From assembly GCA_051294375.1 (NCBI GenBank), contig CM119270.1, positions 20,854,417 through 20,918,416 of the forward strand: DNA of 64,000 bases, given 5' to 3'. This document shows positions 1-13,283 of this stretch, in pieces; within the stretch, counting starts at the first letter, position 1, and each line of letters starts with the position of its first letter. The notes beneath the pieces were generated by a model. The model had not been told where the DNA came from and made no database searches. It saw only the letters and a program-made list of their open reading frames with translations. Origin of the DNA: Paraspadella gotoi (taxonomy: Eukaryota > Animalia > Chaetognatha). The translations under genes were made by a program, and so were the position numbers.

Positions 1-584
1 TATGTATTGGAAAATTAAAGATAAAAAGCGCAAAAAAGGTAGAACATTTCGGAATGATTTGAGATATTTGACAAAAGTTTAAAAAATTAAAATACGTTTA
101 AGAAAATAACGAGGGTAAAATAAAAACTTTGGAAACGAATAAAGATCTTCAATACAATAAAACGGTTTTAAAAGGAAAAATTACACTTGGGGAAAGATTT
201 AAACGTAATATATTTTTTAAACTTTATTAGCGATTTTAAAATTGAAGAGAAATAACAATTGAGTTTGCCAAAAAAAAGGTACAATTGACTCTAACATTAC
301 TTAACTTAAAATTAAGCTTAAAACTTTAACAATTAAGCTTTAAAACTTTAACAATTAACTTAAAATCTTAACACTTAAGCTTAAAATTTTAACAATTAAG
401 CTAAAACCCGCGACACATGATTAAAATATTGTTAGTAAGAATATGAAGCACTTGAAATCTATTGCAAATGTCTAATTATGATTCAATGCCAATTTAGTTT
501 TTTATGATTCAATTATTTTTTAAAAAAATTCTAAAAAAGAATAAATCTTCTGAGCGAAAATGCCGAAAAAAAGTGTCACGAATT

Positions 585-624
<40 letters not shown>

Positions 625-2358
625 CTCTCTCTCTCCCCTTACCTCTCCCTTCATCAATCATAATCTCAGTCATGCATTCAGAAGCCCTCGTCCCTCATTT
701 CGCGAACTCATTTTCGACTTTTCTCACTTACCCACTTTTCTTTAGCCTCTTGCCACTTACTTTTATTAAACTCGTCCTCTTGCCCCTCACCATTTACTGA
801 GCTTTGTCCTTTCTAGCTTAATGAAAGTTGAAAAATTACTTTTTTAATATCTTTATTTTTTATTTTTTAGATTAAAATAACTATTAGTTATGATTTATTT
901 ATCTCTTAAAATATTTTTAGTTTTAAATATTTAAATATATTATTATTCATCTGTTTGGGATGGGACGTTAGTGTTGTCTTCTGGAAATAGAGGGTGCATC
1001 TACACAACACAAGGTTAGATTACTTTCTGTTCCAGTTTCAATTTTCTACTAGATATCGTACATCATTCTGTTGGAAAATCATTAATGAGAAACTCATAAT
1101 ATCTACATTCTACAAGGCCGAACAAATAGGGGGAATGGAATAAATCTTTTGGGGATTAAGGTTATATTGTATGATTAATTTTATCAATATGATAAGACTA
1201 CATAGNNNNNNNNNNNNNNNNNNNNNNNNNTAGAATTGTATGTTCTGATAGGGATACATACTGGGAAAAGTTTTGTCGGGGTCACCTTTATATTTCGAAA
1301 ATAATTTTAAAGCATATGTTTAAACTTTAAAGTATATTTTTTTTCTCTTTTTATATTTTAAAAGAGCCATATTTTTATCTTAAGAACTATTTTTATTTTA
1401 AAATCTAACTATTTTTACTTCTCTTAATAAACATATTTCTATTTATATATCATTTTGTTATTTCTATATATTTTTCTCTCTCACTCTCTCTATCTCTCTC
1501 TCTCTCTTCACTTCTCTTTTTATCAAAGTCAACTTCCCTTTTTTCTCACTTTTCATTTTTTTTTTCACTCAAAATCTCTTTCAGTCTTTCAAAGTCAATC
1601 CTAATCAGGGTCCGCACTCTTCTCATCTTTCAAAGTCAATCCTAATCAGTGTCCTTCGCTCTTTAATGTTCCCATAGATTTTCCGTCTGCTTTTAAATGT
1701 CCTCATTTTGTTTGTATTTCTTCTTCAAACCATTTCCTGTTCTCTTTACTTTTATTTGTGTCGTAGTCATTTGAAATTTCTCTCTCAATTTCTTCCATGA
1801 CTTTTACCAACCAATTTAACTAAAATGTCTTTTCTTAATTTTTTTTTTTTCAGTTCCCTTGGCTCCCCCATCTTTTTCGGCCCTACTTTCACAAAACGCC
1901 TCATTTCATCTTATATTATCTTGTATTAACTTTAATTTAAAATTAAAAATCAGGGTTAGGGATTAGGCTAGTGATTAACATTAGGGTTTAGGTTAATGGT
2001 TACGGTTATTGATTGTGTTTTAAATTTAAAAATATATTTAAAATTGAAATAAGGAGAGAGATTCACTTGAACAACCTCTGCTTCTCTTGTAACTTAAGTG
2101 ATATACTTATTACATGAACTGTTTCAATTGGTTAAGCATTAATCGGAAATACTGCATTATAATACTCTAATGCATTTATTACTGAATATTACATTTGATT
2201 TACATAATTTTAAAATGATTACCTGTCGAAATCTTCCTCGTTTCCTCGAATTGAGAGTAACCTCAAGTCATGTCAGGATTAAAGGTGACTTTTGAGTGTT
2301 GCGGCACTTTGTTCATGTCGAGATAGTCTAGTCTGTGGGGAGAGGGGGGAGAGAGAGA

Positions 2359-2438
<80 letters not shown>

Positions 2439-3596
2439 ATCTTTAGTCGCAAAATATTGATTGACAATGATGCTTTGGTTTGATTCAAATAATTGTGACT
2501 GGATACATACTTTTTAATTTTAAACAGAATATATATATTTCTATAACAAAGAATTGTTCGTAGCCTTACGTTTATATTGTTTACAATTATATATTTATTC
2601 CATATTTTATAAATACTTCTTTTTACAGTTGTGAAGACACTGTATGACGCTCGGGATTTTCGGATTTTCCTACTAAAAAACCGTGAGGCCAGCGAGATAT
2701 CCCTTGAAGTGCTGAAACTGGAAAGGGGTTGTGGAAGGGGGGGGGGAAATGGGATGTGGAGGGGACGAGTGTTAAAAATCAAAGACAGGGGAAAGGAAGG
2801 AAGACATGGAAACCAAAGGCATAGGAAAGGGGAAAATGGATTAGGCATGACAGAGGGCTTTCTTTTCCCAGAGGGCCCATTTTTATTTCTCGTCTTTCCC
2901 AGAACGCCCCATTTCTGTTGCGTCTCTTTTCCCAGAACGCCCCATTTCTGTTGCTTGATTCCAGAATTTAATTTTTAGTTTAGTATATAATTTATATAAT
3001 TGNNNNNNNNNNNNNNNNNNNNNNNNNATTTTAGTTTTAGTATATAATTTATATAATTTCAATTTTAAATATATTTTTAAATTTAAAACACAATCATAAC
3101 CATAACCATTAACCTAAACCCTAATGTTAATCACTAGCCTAATCCCTAACCCTGATTTTTAAATTTTAAATTAAAGTTAATACAAGATAATATAAGATGA
3201 AATGAGGCGTTTTGTGAAAGTAGGGCCGAAAAAGATGGGGGAGCCAAGGGAACTGAAAAAAAAAATTAAGAAAAAGACATTTTAGTTAAATTGGTTGGGT
3301 AAAAGTCATGGAAGAGATTGAGAGAGAAATTTCAAATGACTACGACACAAATAAAAGTAAAGAGAAAAGAAATGGTTTGAAGAAGAAATACAAACAAAAT
3401 GAGGACATTTTAAAAGCAGACGGAAATCTTATGGGAACATTTAAGGAGCGAAGGACACTGATTAGGATTGACTTTGAAAGATGAGAAGAGTGCGGACCCT
3501 GATTAGGATTGACTTTGAAAGACTGAAAGAGATTTTGAGTGAAAAAAAAAAATGAAAAGTGAGAAAAAGGAAGTTGACTTTGATAAAAAGAGAAGT

Positions 3597-3634
<38 letters not shown>

Positions 3635-4449
3635 GAGAGAGAAATATATAGAAATAACAAAATGATATATAATAGAAATATGTTTAATAAGAGAAGTAAA
3701 ATAGTTAGATTTTAAAATAAAAATAGTTCTTAAGATAAAAATATGGCTCTAAAATATAAAAAGAGAAAAAAAATATACTTTAAAGTTTAAAACATATGCT
3801 TTAAAATTATTTTCGAAATATAAAGGTGACCCCGACAAAACTTTTCCCAGTATGTATCCCTATCAGAACATACAATTCTACTATGTAGTCTTATCATATT
3901 GATAAAATTAATCATACAATATAACCTTAATCCCCAAAAGATTTATTCCATTCCCCCTATTTTGTTCGGCCTTGTAGAATGTAGATATTATGAGTTTCTC
4001 ATTAATGATTTTCCAACAGAATGATGTACGATATCTATTAGAAAATTGAAACTGGAACAGAAAGTAATCTAACCTTGTGTTGTGTAGATGCACCCTCTAT
4101 TTCCAGAAGACAACACTAACGTCCCATCCCAAACAGATGAATAATAATATATTTAAATATTTAAAACTAAAAATATTTTAAGAGATAAATAAATCATAAC
4201 TAATAGTTATTTTAAATCTAAAAAATAAAAAATAAAGATAGTTAAAAAAGTAATTTTTCAACTTTCATAAGAAAAGGACAAAGCTCAGTAAAAGGTGAGG
4301 GGCAAGAGGACGAGTTTAATAAAAGTAAGTGGCAAGAGGCTAAAGAAAAGTGGGTAAGTGAGAAAAAGTCGAAAATGAGTTCGCGAAATGAGGGACGAGG
4401 CTTCATGAATGCATGACTGAGATTATGATTGATGAAGGGAGAGGTAAGG

Positions 4450-4505
<56 letters not shown>

Positions 4506-5098
4506 AATTCGTGACACTTTTTTTCGGCACCTTTCGCTCAGAAGATTTATTCTTTTTTAGAATTTTTTTTAAAATAATAATTGAATCATAAAAAACTAAA
4601 TTGGCATTGAATTCATAATTAGACATTTGCAATAGATTTCAAGTGCTTCATATTCTTACTAACAATATTTTAATCATGTGTCGCGGGTTTTAAGCTTAAT
4701 TGTTAAAAATTTTAAGCTTAAGTTTTAAAATTTTAAGATTAATTGTTAAAGTTTTAAGCTTAATTGTTAAAGTTTTAAGCTTAATTTTAAGTTAAGTTAT
4801 GTTAGAGTCAATTGTACCTTTTTTTTGGCAAACTCAATTGTTATTTTCTCTTCAATTTTAAAATCGCTAATAAAGTTTAAAAAATATATACGTTTAAATC
4901 TTTCCCCAAGTGTAATTTTTTCCTTTTAAAACCGTTTTATTGTTATTGAAGAATCTTTATTCGTTTCCAAAGTTTTTATTTTACCCTCGTTATTTTCTTA
5001 AACGTATTTTAATTTTTTAAACTTTTGTCAAATATCTCAAATCATTCCGAAATGTTCTACCCTTTTTTGCGCTTTTTACTTTAATTTTCCAATACATA
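1..5098. repeat. Large inverted duplication: arm 1-2050, spacer ~2051-3055, arm 3056-5098
   Basis: Position 1 TATGTATTGGAAAATTAAAG is the reverse complement of 5079-5098; near identity along the arms. Confidence 0.95.
2223..2332 (-). pseudogene. CLSTN: Inverted, indel-bearing copy of calsyntenin exon A (probably an artefactual duplicate)
   Basis: Reverse complement of 11755-11863 with single-base indels (ACAGACTAG vs ACAGGACTAG; one extra base at two further sites), inside the 2051-2980/11107-11990 inverted duplication. Confidence 0.75.
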
Positions 5099-5573
5099 AT
5101 TAATCTTCCTACATCCTGATTAATCTTCCCCGACCCCGCCTAATCTTCGCCGACGCCTGTCTGATCTCAGCCAACCGTTTTTTAATCTTCCCCAAGTTTT
5201 AAACTTTTTTTTAATTCAAACTTCCGCTCTCTCCAACAGGCAGCGCCACCCAGGGGGCGACTAATCACGCCGCTCAAAAAAAAAAAAAAAAATTACTCCG
5301 AAAGACGAACCAAACAAAATCTTATTTTTTTTTTTTTTTTTTGAGGGCCGCCAAAATTATATTGTTTTCCTATTTAAGATTGGAAATAAGACGCAATGCT
5401 TGGTGATTCAAAAGTGGGAACCGATAAAGATAGTTTATGTGAGGCCTTTAGGCTTTCACTCTCCCTCTCTCTCTTTCTCTCTTTTTCTATTTTTTTCTTT
5501 CTCTTTTTTTTAACTTTCTTCAATAAATTCTTAAAGTTTTTTCTCTTATTTCTTTCGTTCTTTCTTTCTTTTT

Positions 5574-5606
<33 letters not shown>

Positions 5607-7309
5607 TTTTTTCTTTCTTTCCTTTCTTTCTTTCTTTCTTTTCTTCTCATTTTTCTTATTCTTCTGTTTATTTCTTTTCTTCTTCTTTTCCTAAGTTTTT
5701 TCTCATGTGTGTGTTCTTCTTCTTCTTTCTTTCTTCTTCTTTCTTTCTTCTTCTTTCTTTCTTCTTTCTTTCATTCATTCATGCTTTCATTATTTCTCTC
5801 TTTTTTGTTTTCTATCTTTCGTTCTTTTTTCTCTATTTCTTTAATTTATTTGTATCTTTCTTGCTTTCTTTCTTTATTTATTTCTTTTTATTTCATTCTC
5901 TATATTCTCTTTCTTTCTTCCCTTTTCCTTTTTTTCTTTCCTCCTTATTTCTTACATATTCCTTCTCTCCTCCTCTCTCCTTCTTTCTCCCTTTTTTATT
6001 ACTCATTTTTCTCATAGACTTTTCGGTTCTCATAATTAATTCCTTCTCCTCATTTCCTTCATCTGAGACTGTGAATCTTCCTCACACAAAATCTCCCTTC
6101 ACACAAAATCTCCCTCACACAATATCTTAAGGGATTTGAAGAATTTGACTCATTCTGCATGAGTTACGCAGTTTTTACGCCTTTTCTTCCCTTCATTATT
6201 TCTTTTCTTTTCTTTTTCTTTCTTTCTTTCTTTCTTTCTTATCTTTTTCTTCTTTCTTCCCCACCAATTTATCTTTCGTTCTTACGTTTCTCACCAAATG
6301 TAAGAAAAATTCGTTCCTTATTTTTCCAATACACAAGATCTTAGGTTTCAGTTCGATCCTCTTCAATTTACATGTTTTTTTAAAAAAAAAATAGTTGATT
6401 TTTTGGTTAATATGGGGAAAGGCTGGGGCTTTTAAGTGCGGGGTTAAATATTTGGGGATAGCAAACAAATCAAAAATTATTTTGTGACAAGATTGTGGGG
6501 CGCCACGGGCCCACAAAGCCGTAAAAAATTGATTTTTTATATAAAAAAAGGAGATTTGGAAAGACTGCGAAATCTCGAAACTAGCATGACGAAGTTGCCC
6601 CTGCTTTCGCGCCTCAGAAAAGCTGTTAAAATTCGGTTTTTTTATATAAAAAAAAAAAGCGGTTTTGGAATGCGAACGTCATCGACCTAGATGACGAAAG
6701 TCGCCCTCCCTTACGCATTGAAACCTAAAAAAAAGCCAGATTGAGGAGTTTAAAAACAATCCCACTAATGAATATTTCGTCAATTTTTTTAATTTAATTC
6801 AATTGTAATGTAATTTTCGAAATAATAAGACCTTTAATTTCTTTTAACTTAAGAATCTGCGTTCGAATCCCCTGATTCAGGTTGTTTCACGTAACCCTTT
6901 AAATATTTAATAAAGAAGTTTGATGCAAACAATGTCGGACTCTCCTACGATAATTAATTATTAATCGAATAATTAATTTAATAATTAATTTTAATTAATG
7001 TAATAATTAATTTTAAATTTATTTCAACTTATCATCATCGATGTCCTCTAAAAATTGGTTAGGGACAGTTATTAAATATGTTTTGTTTACATTTTATCAA
7101 AACAAACAAATATCCTCTATTTTATTTTATGTCTCCTTCTCTTTCTCTCTCTCACTCTCTTCTCTCTCTTCTCTCTCTCTCTCTCTCTTTTATACAATTG
7201 CGACGATCTTTATGCTTTTAAGATTTTTTTAACTTTGCATCATTTTTCACATTAATTAATTAATTAATTAATTAAACATTTATTAGTAACTCATAATAAA
7301 TTAAAGATT

Positions 7310-8951
7310 CAAGTTTTCCATAAAACTCATTTCCACTGGCACAATTCGTTCAAAAACTTTATATAATTAATTATATATTAATAAATATTTAAAGAAGCTT
7401 CAGTGCAACAACCCAATGAAATAATTCAAAAAGTTACATTAAAAATCGAGAATAGTAGTAAAAGTAAAAAAAATTTTTAAAGAGAACTAGAAGTTATAAA
7501 AAGTGTTCAATTTTGGCCGCCTTACTATATATTAGGGCCGCGAACAGGTTTGAAAACTAAAAAGTTTAAAATTTTGCTTCATCAATTTTTTTTATAGATT
7601 CTTATAGACTTTTAAGTTAGATAAAGGTTTTAATACAACTTTTTAAATTTTTTTTGTGTTTTATTAATAAAATTTAAAAAATAAAATTCAGCCAATAATG
7701 ATGATGATGATGATTTTTTAAGGTTTTTTACATTTATTAACCAATTATTGTAAAAATCTTGAAAAAAAATGATAGTACTAACTATTCAATTTAACTTTTT
7801 AAGCTCTAAAGAACCCGCATTCTTAAAAAAAATCACATTTTAAAATTTTTTTTGTCATTTGTTATATATTAAAAAATATTAAAAAGCTTCAGTGCAACAA
7901 ACCCAATGAACTAATCAAAAAGTTATTCAAGGTAAATGTGACTCATATTTTTCATTTAAACTCAATTTCCACTCGAACATTTCCACCGAAACTTTATAAA
8001 TCAAGCATCGTACACATTTTTTACCCACACAAATTGAACTCAATCTATCCATCCAATTATGATTAATTAGAGTACATTATGGTTAAATAAGTTAAAAAAT
8101 ATTTTAGGTAAATGCAACCTATGTTTTTTCCATTTAATCTCATTTCCACTCACATGATTCCGTCGAAACTTTTATATCCAGGCTTTTATCACACACTTTC
8201 CTACCAAAGCAATCACGAGTTATTGCGAGCTTGCTAAAGGTGGGACGCATGGACGGATTGATTGACTGATTAATTAATTATTGATTAATTAATTGACTAA
8301 TGCAATAATTAAACTGATTAACTTATTTTGATTTAATTAATACATCCTGCATATACATTTAATATAAAAGGAAAAAAAAGAATCATAATCAATTAGTGAA
8401 ACAGGTTTTTTGTTTTTTCCATTTTAACTCATTTCCACTCACAAAGATTCCATTCGAAACTTGGTTTCCTGTTCAATCACACACTTTTACCACTCACATA
8501 ACAAAAATTCCAGGTTCAATCGATAATTAAGTGGTAATAAGCTAAAACTGGTAACTTGCATTAATCTAATCAACTTGCATAAGTTTGATCCAACTGACAT
8601 AATATTTGGTTAACTGACATATTTGGATCTACTGACATAATTGGTCAACTCGACATAAATTTGTCAACTGACAATAATTTGATCAATTAAAGATAATTTG
8701 GTCAACCGGCATAATATTGGTCAACTAGGCATAATTTTATCAAGCGTCCGAATTTGTCAACTGGCATAATTTGGTCAACACGATAATTTGGTAAACTTGC
8801 AAAACTTGATCAACTTGCAGAATTTTGGTCAACTGGCCATAATTTGGTCAACTTTAAAGAATTCTTGGTCAACTGGATATTATGTAATTGGCATAATTTG
8901 TCAATCAATCAAATCAATCCAATCAATCAATCACATCAATCAATCAATCCA

Positions 8952-8984
<33 letters not shown>

Positions 8985-9704
8985 GAGAAGATAGAGAGAG
9001 AGAAACTTTAAAATTCAAAAATAAATGTGTCTTTTGGTTTTCTAAATTTGAACTCTTTTCACTCCTACGATTCCTATCAAAAATTTATATCCAGCTTTAT
9101 CACTTACTTCCTACCCACACACAAAATTCAATTATCGATTTATCTATTCCAATTTTTAAATAAACATGAATAAATTATGAGTAAATTTAAGTTAAAAATT
9201 ACTATCAAGTAAATATGACTTTTGTTTTTCCATTTTAACTCATTTCCACTCGCACAAATTCACATCAAGACTTTTATATCAGCTCAATCACACACTTTCC
9301 TACCATCATACAAAATTTCAAGTCAGTTGCCCTATCACTCATGAGCAATGGCGCTTCAAATAGTGAAATATATTTTTTTGTTTTTTCCATTTAAACAATT
9401 TCCACTCGCACTATTCCTCGAAACTTTTCATATCCATTCTCGATCAACAGTTTCCTACCCACACACAAGATTTCAATACCAATTCCTTCCATCCAATCAC
9501 ATAATTGGAGTTTTTGTAAGGTGAGGACGGACGACTCGACGGACGACGGACGGACGGACATCGTTTTTTTTTGCATAATTTATCATAATTCGATGGTCTG
9601 ACATGGATATAAGTGTGTGGACCGACAATATGAGGGGGCGGACCGACGGACGAAAGTGAATAATAGAGTCGGGATCTGCTGATAAGCAAGATCCGACTAA
9701 AAAA
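7310..9704 (-). mobile_element. pearl/DINE-1-like non-autonomous Helentron-type element (terminal hairpin, microsatellite, tandem core repeats)
   Basis: On the minus strand: T6, then a hairpin (+ strand AGTCGGGATCTGCT-GATA-AGCAAGATCCGACT, 9667-9698), a (TCCG/TCG)n microsatellite at 9524-9560 and 9640-9652, then about 7 diverged cores TTTTCCATTTAAACTCATTTCCACTC...CACACTTTCCTACC (~7314, 7948, 8125, 8412, 9038, 9225, 9382). Solo core at ~58505. Confidence 0.6.
8560..8985. repeat. ~20-bp minisatellite (ATAATTTGGTCAACTGGC-like, ~16 copies) followed by (CAAT)n
   Basis: Tandem copies directly visible. Confidence 0.85.
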
Positions 9705-11090
9705 TCAGCCAGCCTTCCCCATATTTTTTAGATAGAAAAAAAAAAGAAATTTAAACTTTTGTGACACAGAGTGGCGCCCACTGAACCGTCACACATCCCC
9801 TAGAGAAACTCTGTGTCAGTGGGCGCCACTCTGTGCTCACAAAGTTAAAATTTATTCTTTTTGCTATCTTAAAAAATATGATGTGTGACGTCAGTGGCGC
9901 CACTCCGTGTCACAAACAGTATTTTGAGCTTAATCCCCATATTTAACCCCCGCCCACTAAAAAGCCCAGGCCTTCCCCGAATATTTTTTTAGATTACAAA
10001 AAAAAAGCAAATTTAAACTTTGTGACACAGCAGTGGCGCCCACTTACCGTCACACATACCCCGAGAGAAACTCTGTGTCAGTGGGCGCCACTCTGTGTCA
10101 CAAGATGAAAATTCATCTTTTTGTATCCTAAAATTGGATGTGTGACGGTCAGTGGCGCCACTCCGTGTCACAAACCGTTAATTTTGTGGTTAATCCCCAT
10201 ATTTAACCCCCGCACTAAAAGCCCCAGCCTTCCCCATATTTATAATCAAATATAAAAATGGAGTTTCTCTAGGGAATGCTGTGACGGTCAGTGGCGCCAC
10301 TCTGTTCAAAAAGATGAAAATTCATCTTTTTTGTTATCTAAAAAAATAATGGGGAAGGCTGGCGGCTTTTTTAGTGCGGGGGTTTTAAATATGGGGAATA
10401 AGCACAAAAATACTGTTGTACACGAGTGGCGCCCACTGACGTCACACATCCCTTAGAGAAATCCGTGTCAGTGGCGCCAACTCTGTGTCCAAAGATGAAA
10501 ATTCATCTTTTTTGTATCTAAAAAATAATATGGGAAGGCTGGGGCTTTTAGTGCGGGGGTTAAATATGGGATTAAGCACAAAAATACTGTTTGTGAACAC
10601 GGAGTGGCGCCCACTGACCGTCACACATCCCTTAGAGGAAACTCCGTGTCAGTGGGCGCCACTCTGTGTCACAAAGATGAAAATTTATCTTTTTTGTATC
10701 TAAAAAAAATATGGGGAAAGCTGGGGTCTTTTTAGTGCGGGGTTAAATATGGGGACATAAGCACCAAAATACTTTTTGTGACACGGAGTTGGCGCCCACT
10801 GACCGTCACACATCCCTAAGAGAAACTCCGTGTCAGTGGGCGCCACTCTGTGCACCAAGATGAAAATTCATCTTTTTTGTATTTCTAAAAAAAATCATGG
10901 GGAAGGCTGGGGCTTTTTAGCTGCGGGGTTAAATATGGGGATTAAGCAAAAAACTACTGTTTGTGACACGGAGTGGCGCCCACGACCGTCACACATCCCT
11001 TAGAGAAACTCCGTGTTCAGTGGGCAGCATCTGTGTCACAAAGATGCAAAATTCAACTTTTTGTATCTAAAAAAAAAACTATGGGGAAGT
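9705..11090. repeat. ~182-bp hairpin-containing satellite with an orientation switch near 10250
   Basis: GAGTGGCGCC-like start recurs at ~10424, 10602, 10786, 10971; each unit has TGTGACACGGAGTGGCGCCCACTGAC...GTCAGTGGGCGCCACTCTGTGTCACA arms; 9705-10250 holds inverted/rearranged units. Degenerate solo copy at ~6410-6520. Confidence 0.9.
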
Positions 11091-11106
11091 CTGGATCTCT
11101 CTCTGA

Positions 11107-11653
11107 CTAAAATTAAATTCTGGAATCAAGCAACAGAAATGGGGCGTTCTGGGAAAAGAGAGCAACAGAAATGGGGCGTTCTGGGAAAAGAGAGAAATAA
11201 AAATGGGGCCCTCTGGGAAAAGAAAGCCCCTCTGTCATGCCTAATCCATTTTCCCCTTTCCATGCCTTTGGTTTCCCCATGTCTTCCTTCCTTTCCCCTG
11301 TCTTTGATTTTTAACACTCGTCCCCTCCACATCCCCATTTCCCCCCCCCCTTCCACAACCCCTTTTCCAGTTTCAGCACTTCAAGGGATATCTCGCTGGC
11401 CTCACGGTTTTAGTAGGAAAATCCGAAAATCCCGACGTCATACAGTGTCTTCACAACTGTAAAGAAGGTATTTTATAAAATATGGAATAAATATATAATT
11501 GTAAACAATATAAACGTAAGGCTACGAACAATTCTTTGTTATAGAAATATATATATTCTGTTTAAAATTAAAAAGTAGGTATCACAGTCACAATTATTTG
11601 AATAAACCAAAGCATCATTGTCAATCAATATTTTGCCGACCTAAAGATTCTCG

Positions 11654-11721
<68 letters not shown>

Positions 11722-11990
11722 CTCCCTCTTCTCTCTCCCCCCCTCTCCCCACAGGACTAGACTATCTCGACATGAACAAAGTGCCGCAACACTCAAAAGT
11801 CACCTTTAATCCTGACATGACTGAGGTTACTCTCAATTCGAGGAACGAGGAAGATTTCGACAGGTTAATCATTTTAAAATTATGTAAATCAAATGTAATA
11901 TACAGTAATAAATAGGATATTTACGATATAATGCTTAACAATTGAAACAGTTCATGTAATAAGTATATCACTTAGTTAAAAGAGAAGCAA
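11107..11990. repeat. Inverted copy of 2051-2980 (contains calsyntenin exon A)
   Basis: Reverse-complement match, e.g. ACTAAAATTAAATTCTGGAATCAAGC vs 2954-2980. Confidence 0.93.
11755..11863 (+). CDS. CLSTN: Calsyntenin internal exon A: (G)LDYLDMNKVPQHSKVTFNPDMTEVTLNSRNEEDFD(R)
   Basis: Pyrimidine tract + CACAG acceptor at 11754, AG|GTTAAT donor at 11864; 109 nt, phase 1 in, phase 2 out, matching the next exon. Resembles the calsyntenin segment EGLD...LTLEG..ELDK that follows the LamG domain (recognised from memory, not searched). Confidence 0.85.
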
Positions 11991-12225
11991 GGTGTTCTGG
12001 AAGTGAATAACCTTGACTGTGAGAGTCTTTATTAAAAGTATTCTCTAGTCCAAAATCATAACTTATCTGACTTATTTGTAATGGTTAATTTTTGTAACGG
12101 CTGTCCTAATTTCAAAATTTACACTTTAAACAAACTAAGTATTACTATTAATTTTAGTTTTCTTTCGCTTCTCACCTTGAAATCAACTCACCCATAAATT
12201 AACTTTCCCTTTTTTTTCTTCTCAG

Positions 12226-12325
12226 AATTCTTCGTCGCGTGACGTACACAAACACGCGAACTTACCCGACGCCGGGACATCGACCCGTCACCGTTCGAAC
12301 TACCGTCTCTTGCAAGAACGAAAAA
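12226..12325 (+). CDS. CLSTN: Calsyntenin exon B: (R)ILRRVTYTNTRTYPTPGHRPVTVRTTVSCKNEK
   Basis: T-rich tract + CTCAG acceptor, AAA|GTGAGG donor; 100 nt, phase 2 to 0. Matches the hallmark calsyntenin motif ISYxNSRxFPTPGxRxL...C. Confidence 0.92.
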
Positions 12326-12337
12326 GTGAGGTCGATG

Positions 12338-12384
<47 letters not shown>

Positions 12385-12918
12385 TTTGACTTCAATTTTG
12401 CTTTAATGGATTTTGTTACGAAAAATTTAATCTGACATTTTCGATCGTTAGCTTTTGAAACAACAGGTTCTATTAAATTTTTATTTAGTAATTTTCCTCA
12501 CCCTAATTTTTCCTTATTTATTCAAGAATAAAGTTATTCAAGTTTTAAAATTGTGAAAAGACTTGGCTCATGTTTTTTTAATCGAAAAAATAACCAAAAA
12601 GGAGTGTCTTTTGTCTTTTTTTGGGTTGTGATTTCTCATTGCGTCGAACTACTAGCGACGCGTAGTAAACTATTGAGTAGGAAAACAAAGGAACAACGAA
12701 ATTCCAGACTCCTATTTATAATAGGGAACTCGAGTCACAAAAATGATTATTTACTACAAATATAATAGTCCTCGTTATATATTATGCAATATAATATATA
12801 ATCCGTGATCGAATTTTATTAATTACGATAAGAATTATAATTTTTTACAATAAATCCCAGCACAATTAATCTTAAATTAATTATCAAAATGCCATCTTAA
12901 CCCCAAATCCCTCACCAG

Positions 12919-13099
12919 GTGGTGACCATCCCGGACCTCCGTCTCTTCGTCCAAGTCGCGTCACGTGACTCTCCATCCATCCGTCTGTCCGCGACCTTCG
13001 ACGTCTCCAAACCGGACTTCGTCGTGGAAAAGGGAGTCAGGGTCTTTCCGGATCTGGAGATCGTCGCCAGGAGCAACGAGGAGGAAGCCAGGAGGCTGG
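12919..13099 (+). CDS. CLSTN: Calsyntenin exon C: VVTIPDLRLFVQVASRDSPSIRLSATFDVSKPDFVVEKGVRVFPDLEIVARSNEEEARRL(G)
   Basis: CACCAG acceptor, G|GTGAGA donor; 181 nt, phase 0 to 1. Resembles the calsyntenin segment ISVP...VMV...PKISLSG...GVxLFPELRI. Confidence 0.9.
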
Positions 13100-13283
13100 G
13101 TGAGAATATTGGGGCAGATTGGGCCAGTTTTGGGGTAGTTTTTGATAAGATTGGGTCAGTTGGGGTGGTTGGATGAGTCTTTGGTTCCTTCCCATTAAGA
13201 GTACAAACAGGTATTCATAACACTTTTTCTCAATTACTTGCACCTCTTAACCATTAGGGATTCTCCGACCGCTAATGTTTTCT

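Noticed and set aside
1970-2010. Interstitial telomeric TTAGGG repeats (mirror ~3100-3150; also ~39090)
   Set aside because: Only 2-3 degenerate units, embedded in what looks like a dispersed repeat.
5241-5260. CTCF-like site CAGCGCCACCCAGGGGGCG (also TAGATGGCGC at ~50238 and its mirror)
   Set aside because: Two or more mismatches to the consensus; not supportable without ChIP or conservation.
5396-6130. Phe/Leu/Ser-rich membrane-protein-like ORFs (also 45004-45542, 56379-56838, 60050-60900)
   Set aside because: Produced by (CTTT)n/(CT)n microsatellites that lack stop codons.
6830-6885. tRNA gene (GTTCGAATCCC B-box)
   Set aside because: No A-box, acceptor stem or cloverleaf.
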